From positions 992,001-1,056,000 of the forward strand of contig OZ251997.1 of NCBI GenBank assembly GCA_965247095.1: DNA of 64,000 nt, written 5' to 3'. Positions 59,760-64,000 of the stretch are shown piece by piece. The notes under the pieces are model-generated. The model had not been told where the DNA came from and ran no database searches. It saw nothing but the letters and a program-made list of their open reading frames with translations. The stretch is from Candidatus Multivorans sp. GTDB taxonomy: Bacteria; Acidobacteriota; Thermoanaerobaculia; Multivoradales; Multivoraceae. Made by a program: the position numbers and the translations under genes. The stretch's first letter is position 1; every line of letters begins with the position of its first letter.

Positions 59760-61099
59760 CCGGCAAAGGCCAACCGCTGCGCATCGCCTATCTGGCCGCG
59801 GGCGCCGGCGGCATGATCTGCGGGAGCTGCATCCACGACAATGCCCTGGTGCGCGCGTTCCAGCAGCAGGGCCACAACGCGCTCCTGCTGCCGATCTACA
59901 CGCCGCTGCGGACCGACGAACAGAACGTCAGCTACGGCCGGGTCTTCTACGGCGCCGTGAACATCTACCTGGAGCAGAAACTGCCGCTCTGGAGCCGGGC
60001 GCCCGCGGGTTTGCGGCGACTGCTCGACAACCCGCGTCTGCTGGCGCGATTGACGCGCTCGGCCGGGGCGACCGATGCCCGCCAGTTGGGCGAGCTGGCG
60101 CTCTCCATGGTGCGCGGAGAGGCGGGCCGCCAACTGGCGGAGCTCAAGGGTCTGGCGCAGTGGCTCGCGAACGAGTTCCAGCCCGAGGTCGTTCATCTGA
60201 CGAACTCCATGCTCCTGGGAATGGTCCACCACCTCCGCGAAGTGCTGCCCCGGGCTCTCATCGTCTGCGGCCTCCAGGGGGAGGACCTCTTCCTCGAGGA
60301 TCTCGAGGAGCCGCACCGGTCGCAGGTCCTCGCCGAAATGCGGCGCCGGGTTCGCGAGGTCGACGTGCTCGTCGCCCCGAACGACTACTACGCGGCAACC
60401 ATGACCGAGCTGCTCGACCTCCCGCCGTCCCGCATCGACGTCGCCCGTCTGGGGATCGACCTCGAGGGACACGGAAACCGCACGGCGGAACCGGAGGAGT
60501 CGCCGCTCATCATGGGCTACCTGGCGCGGATGTGCCCCGAAAAGGGATTCCATCTCGCGGCCGAGGCATTCAAGGAACTGAGCGACCGCCTGGGTCCGGG
60601 GCGGGTCCGCTTCCGTGCCGCCGGTTACCTGGGCGGCCGTGATCGGACCTACTTCGAACTCCAGCGCCGGCGGATCGCCGACTGGGGCCTGGCGCCGCAC
60701 TTCGAGTGGCTCGGCGAGGTGGACCGCCGGGAGAAGATCGATCTCCTCCACAGTCTGCACGTGCTCGTGTTGCCGACGGTCTACCGGGAGGCGAAGGGGC
60801 TGCCGGCGCTTGAGGCGATGGCCAATGGCGTACCCGCCGTTCTGCCCGATCACGGCGCCTTCCCCGAGATGCTCGAGATGACCGGGGGCGGCACGCTGGT
60901 TCCCCCCGGCGACGTGCCGGCGCTCGCCTCGGCGGTGGAGGAACTGGCCGGGGACGCCGGGCGGAGGAAGCAGCTCGGACGCTCCGGCGTCCAGGGCGTG
61001 CGGCGGCACTACACGGCCCAACGGATGGCCTCGGACACCATCGAGTCGTACCGTCGGGGACTGCGTCGACGAGCGGCGCTAGCATCGCTTCCAACATGA
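59756..61099 (+). CDS. GT4 family glycosyltransferase
   Basis: GYLARMCPEKG, EAKGLPALEAMANGVP; N-terminal GAGGMICGSC; GTGA overlap. Confidence 0.9.
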   Translation: MTGKGQPLRIAYLAAGAGGMICGSCIHDNALVRAFQQQGHNALLLPIYTPLRTDEQNVSYGRVFYGAVNIYLEQKLPLWSRAPAGLRRLLDNPRLLARLTRSAGATDARQLGELALSMVRGEAGRQLAELKGLAQWLANEFQPEVVHLTNSMLLGMVHHLREVLPRALIVCGLQGEDLFLEDLEEPHRSQVLAEMRRRVREVDVLVAPNDYYAATMTELLDLPPSRIDVARLGIDLEGHGNRTAEPEESPLIMGYLARMCPEKGFHLAAEAFKELSDRLGPGRVRFRAAGYLGGRDRTYFELQRRRIADWGLAPHFEWLGEVDRREKIDLLHSLHVLVLPTVYREAKGLPALEAMANGVPAVLPDHGAFPEMLEMTGGGTLVPPGDVPALASAVEELAGDAGRRKQLGRSGVQGVRRHYTAQRMASDTIESYRRGLRRRAALASLPT

Positions 61100-61797
61100 C
61101 CGACGCGCTCCGCTTCGATTCCGTCACGAAGTCCTACGACACGGAGGCCGGTGTCGTGGACGTTCTGCGCGGGATCTCGTTGGTCCTCGGTGCGGGAGAG
61201 GCACTGGCCGTGACCGGGCCGTCGGGCAGCGGCAAGAGCACGCTCCTGCACCTCGCGGGGACGCTGGAGACGCCGACATCGGGGAGCATCCGGATCGGCG
61301 GAGAGGCGGCCCACGACCTGCCCGAACGGGAACTGGCGGCGTTCCGCAGCCGCCGCGTCGGCCTGGTGTTCCAGGATCACTACCTGCTGCCGCAGTACAC
61401 GATGCTGCAGAACGTGCTTCTTCCCACCGTGGCCGCCGGAGATGGCGGGGGCGGCGCAGAGGAGCGTGCCCGGCGCCTGCTCCAGATCGTCGGCCTCGGT
61501 TCGCGGATCGACCACCGGCCGGCACAGTTGTCCGGCGGAGAGCGGCAGCGGGCAGCCATCGTGCGCGCGCTGATCAACCGGCCCGGCCTTCTCCTGTGCG
61601 ACGAGCCGACCGGCAATCTGGACGCCGAGACCGCCGGGGCGGTGGCCGACCTGCTGCTCGAACTCCACGCCGAGGGCGACAGCGCCCTCATCGTCGTCAC
61701 CCACAGCCGGGAACTGGCGGCGCGTCTGCCGCGCCGAGTCGAGCTGCGGGGCGGACTGCTCGGGGAAGTGCCGCCGGCGCCGGCGGCGGGAGGCTGA
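61096..61797 (+). CDS. ABC transporter ATP-binding protein (LolD/MacB-like)
   Basis: [33 protein letters not shown]. Confidence 0.95.
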   Translation: MTDALRFDSVTKSYDTEAGVVDVLRGISLVLGAGEALAVTGPSGSGKSTLLHLAGTLETPTSGSIRIGGEAAHDLPERELAAFRSRRVGLVFQDHYLLPQYTMLQNVLLPTVAAGDGGGGAEERARRLLQIVGLGSRIDHRPAQLSGGERQRAAIVRALINRPGLLLCDEPTGNLDAETAGAVADLLLELHAEGDSALIVVTHSRELAARLPRRVELRGGLLGEVPPAPAAGG

Positions 61798-61800
61798 GCC

Positions 61801-64000
61801 GTGGGTGCGGCGAGATCCCGCGGACCCCTGCCCAGCCTGCGGCACTACTGGCGCTCGAACGTCGCCGTGATGCTGACCGCGGCGGTGGCGGCGTCCGTTC
61901 TCACCGGCGCGCTGATCGTAGGCGACTCGGTCCGCGGCAGCCTGCGCGACCTGACCCTGGACCGTCTTGGCGGCATCGATCATGCGCTGCTCGGCGCGGG
62001 CTTTTTCCGCGAGGGGTTGCGGGATGAGCTGATGAATGACGCCGAGTTTGCCGCGCGCTACGGCCCGGTGTCGGCGGCGATCGTGATGCAGGGCAGCGTG
62101 GTGCAGCCGGAGAGCGGCCGGCGGGCGGCCCGGGTCAATGTCCAGGGCATCGACGACGGCTTCGCCGCCTTCTTCCCGGGCATGGAGGAAGCCCTCGACC
62201 TGTCCCGGCGGGACGGTCAACTGTTCGCGTCGCTGGCGATCAACCGGTCGCTTGCCTCAGCGCTCGCCGTTGAGCCGGGCGACTCCGTCGTGCTCTACCT
62301 GGAGCGGCCGAGCGAAGCACCGCGGGCAAGCCTGATGGGCGAGAGAGACCCCGCCGACCAGTTGGAGAGCGTCCGGCTGAGCGTGGTCTCGGTGCTGGAG
62401 GACGAAGGTCCGGGCCGCTTCCAGCTCGCCCCGCACCAGAGCCAGCCTCTCGTCGGCTATCTCAGCCTGCGCGACCTGCAGCGGGAGCTTGATCGCCGGA
62501 ACCTGGTGAACTCGCTGCTGGTCGGTGAGCGGGCGGATGGCGATACCGGGGCGCCCTCCGATCCCGACGCCGCGGCAGCCGAGGTCGAACGCCTCATCCG
62601 TCGCCACGCCGAGGTGGCCGACTTCGGACTCAGGCTCGCGGCGACGGACGAGCATCTCCTGGTCACCACATCCCAGATCATTCTCGGCGCCGAGTTGGCA
62701 GGGGAGGTCGACGCCGCGGCGTCGGAGCGCGGCGCGGAGACGATGGAGATCTCGACCTACCTGGCCAACCGATCGGCCGCCGAGAATGGCGCCGCCGCTC
62801 CCTATTCGACGATCGCGGCGCTGAATGTGGCGCGGGCGGGTGAACTGGGGACCCTGCGACTGACGGACGGCCGGCCGGCACCGGCTCTGGGGCCGGGTGA
62901 GGTCCTGGTCAACTCGTTCCTGGCCGAGGATCTGGCGGTCGCGGCCGGCGACCGCCTGGCGATCGACTACTTCCAGCTCGGCGACCGGGAGCAGTTGCTC
63001 GAGCAGACCGCCTGGACCACAGTGGCGGGGGTGGTCGAGATGACGGGTTGGGGGGCCGACCGGACGTTGACGCCGGATTTCCCGGGGGTCGCCGACGCGG
63101 ACAACATGAGCGACTGGGATCCGACCTTCCCGGTCGACCTGAGTCGAATCCGGGACCTGGACGAGGCCTACTGGGACGAGTACCGCGCCACTCCCAAGCT
63201 GTTTGTCAGCCTCGACTACGGCGCTGAACTCTGGTCGAGCCGTTTCGGTCTTCTGACCTCGCTGCGGCTGCTGCCGCCGGCCGGCACAACACCCGAGCAG
63301 CTCCAGGCAACGCTCGAGGAGGTGTTGCCGGACAGGATCGCCCTCCACGCGGCTGGCCTCGCGGTCGAGCCGGTCAAAGCCACGGGCTTGCGCGGCGCTT
63401 CGGGCGCCACGGACTTCGGCGGCCTCTTCGTGGGCTTCAGCCTGTTTCTCATCGTGTCGGCGGCGCTCCTGGTGGGGCTCTTCTTTCGGCTGGGGACGGA
63501 GAGCCGCGCGAGCGAAATGGGCCTGCTGCTGGCACTCGGCTACGGCATAAAACGCGTCCGGCGCCGGTTCCTGGCCGAGGGAGCGCTGCTGGGCGGTGTG
63601 GGTGTGCTGCTCGGCCTCGGAGGCGCGGTGCTCTACGCCGGTGCGATGATGGCCGCGCTCAGGACCCTGTGGCGATCCGCGGTCGGCTCGAGCCACCTGT
63701 ATCTGCACGTCGAGCCCCTGACCCTGGCCATGGGCGGCGCGGCGTCCGTTCTGGTCGTGCTGTTCGCGATCCGGGGCGCGGTGGGCCGGCTTGCCGCCGT
63801 TTCACCGATCCGGCTGCTGCGCGGCGAGACCTCCGACCAGCCGTCAGCCGCCGGGATGCCGGGCCGGCGCGCGCGCTGGACCGCGAGCGTGGGCGGCGGG
63901 CTGGCTGCGGTTCTGCTCGGTGGCTCCGCGGTGGCGCCGGCGTCCACTGCGGCCTACCTGTTCTTCGGCGGCGGGGCCTGTCTCCTGATCGCCGGGCTGG
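61801..64000 (+). CDS. Large FtsX/MacB-like ABC permease, truncated by window end
   Basis: Manual translation: SLRHYWRSNVAV...VLTGALIVGDSVRGSLRDLTLDRLG; later DFGGLFVGFSLFLIVSA and EMGLLLALG. Confidence 0.88.
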   Translation, partial: MGAARSRGPLPSLRHYWRSNVAVMLTAAVAASVLTGALIVGDSVRGSLRDLTLDRLGGIDHALLGAGFFREGLRDELMNDAEFAARYGPVSAAIVMQGSVVQPESGRRAARVNVQGIDDGFAAFFPGMEEALDLSRRDGQLFASLAINRSLASALAVEPGDSVVLYLERPSEAPRASLMGERDPADQLESVRLSVVSVLEDEGPGRFQLAPHQSQPLVGYLSLRDLQRELDRRNLVNSLLVGERADGDTGAPSDPDAAAAEVERLIRRHAEVADFGLRLAATDEHLLVTTSQIILGAELAGEVDAAASERGAETMEISTYLANRSAAENGAAAPYSTIAALNVARAGELGTLRLTDGRPAPALGPGEVLVNSFLAEDLAVAAGDRLAIDYFQLGDREQLLEQTAWTTVAGVVEMTGWGADRTLTPDFPGVADADNMSDWDPTFPVDLSRIRDLDEAYWDEYRATPKLFVSLDYGAELWSSRFGLLTSLRLLPPAGTTPEQLQATLEEVLPDRIALHAAGLAVEPVKATGLRGASGATDFGGLFVGFSLFLIVSAALLVGLFFRLGTESRASEMGLLLALGYGIKRVRRRFLAEGALLGGVGVLLGLGGAVLYAGAMMAALRTLWRSAVGSSHLYLHVEPLTLAMGGAASVLVVLFAIRGAVGRLAAVSPIRLLRGETSDQPSAAGMPGRRARWTASVGGGLAAVLLGGSAVAPASTAAYLFFGGGACLLIAGL

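Overview
High-GC bacterial chromosomal segment from a diderm (TonB receptor, lipoproteins; gene content suggests Acidobacteriota or a similar lineage, which is inference only). No rRNA, tRNA or CRISPR array was seen. Three zones: (1) 1-27.8 kb housekeeping and lipid/acyl-CoA catabolism (BNR-repeat protein, double-domain RNase H, prfC, acyl-CoA dehydrogenase pair, recQ, POT transporter, CoA ligase/transferases, F420-type LLM enzymes, sulfatase) with two vapBC loci; (2) 27.9-43.6 kb defence island (type III R-M with TA modules between res and mod, two ABC-ATPase + partner pairs, RelE-UvrD helicase, intact IS1634-family element, gene remnants), bracketed by inverted copies of a 32-bp REP-like repeat; (3) 45.4-64 kb uncharacterised cluster (three PQQ-like beta-propellers, Fe-ADH, HemN-like radical SAM, flavin halogenase-like enzyme, SSS transporter, GT4, ABC exporter), interrupted by a foreign three-gene cassette resembling a chaperone/antitoxin/ART-like toxin triad and by an oppositely oriented TonB receptor. 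All family calls come from motifs read by eye; no searches were run.
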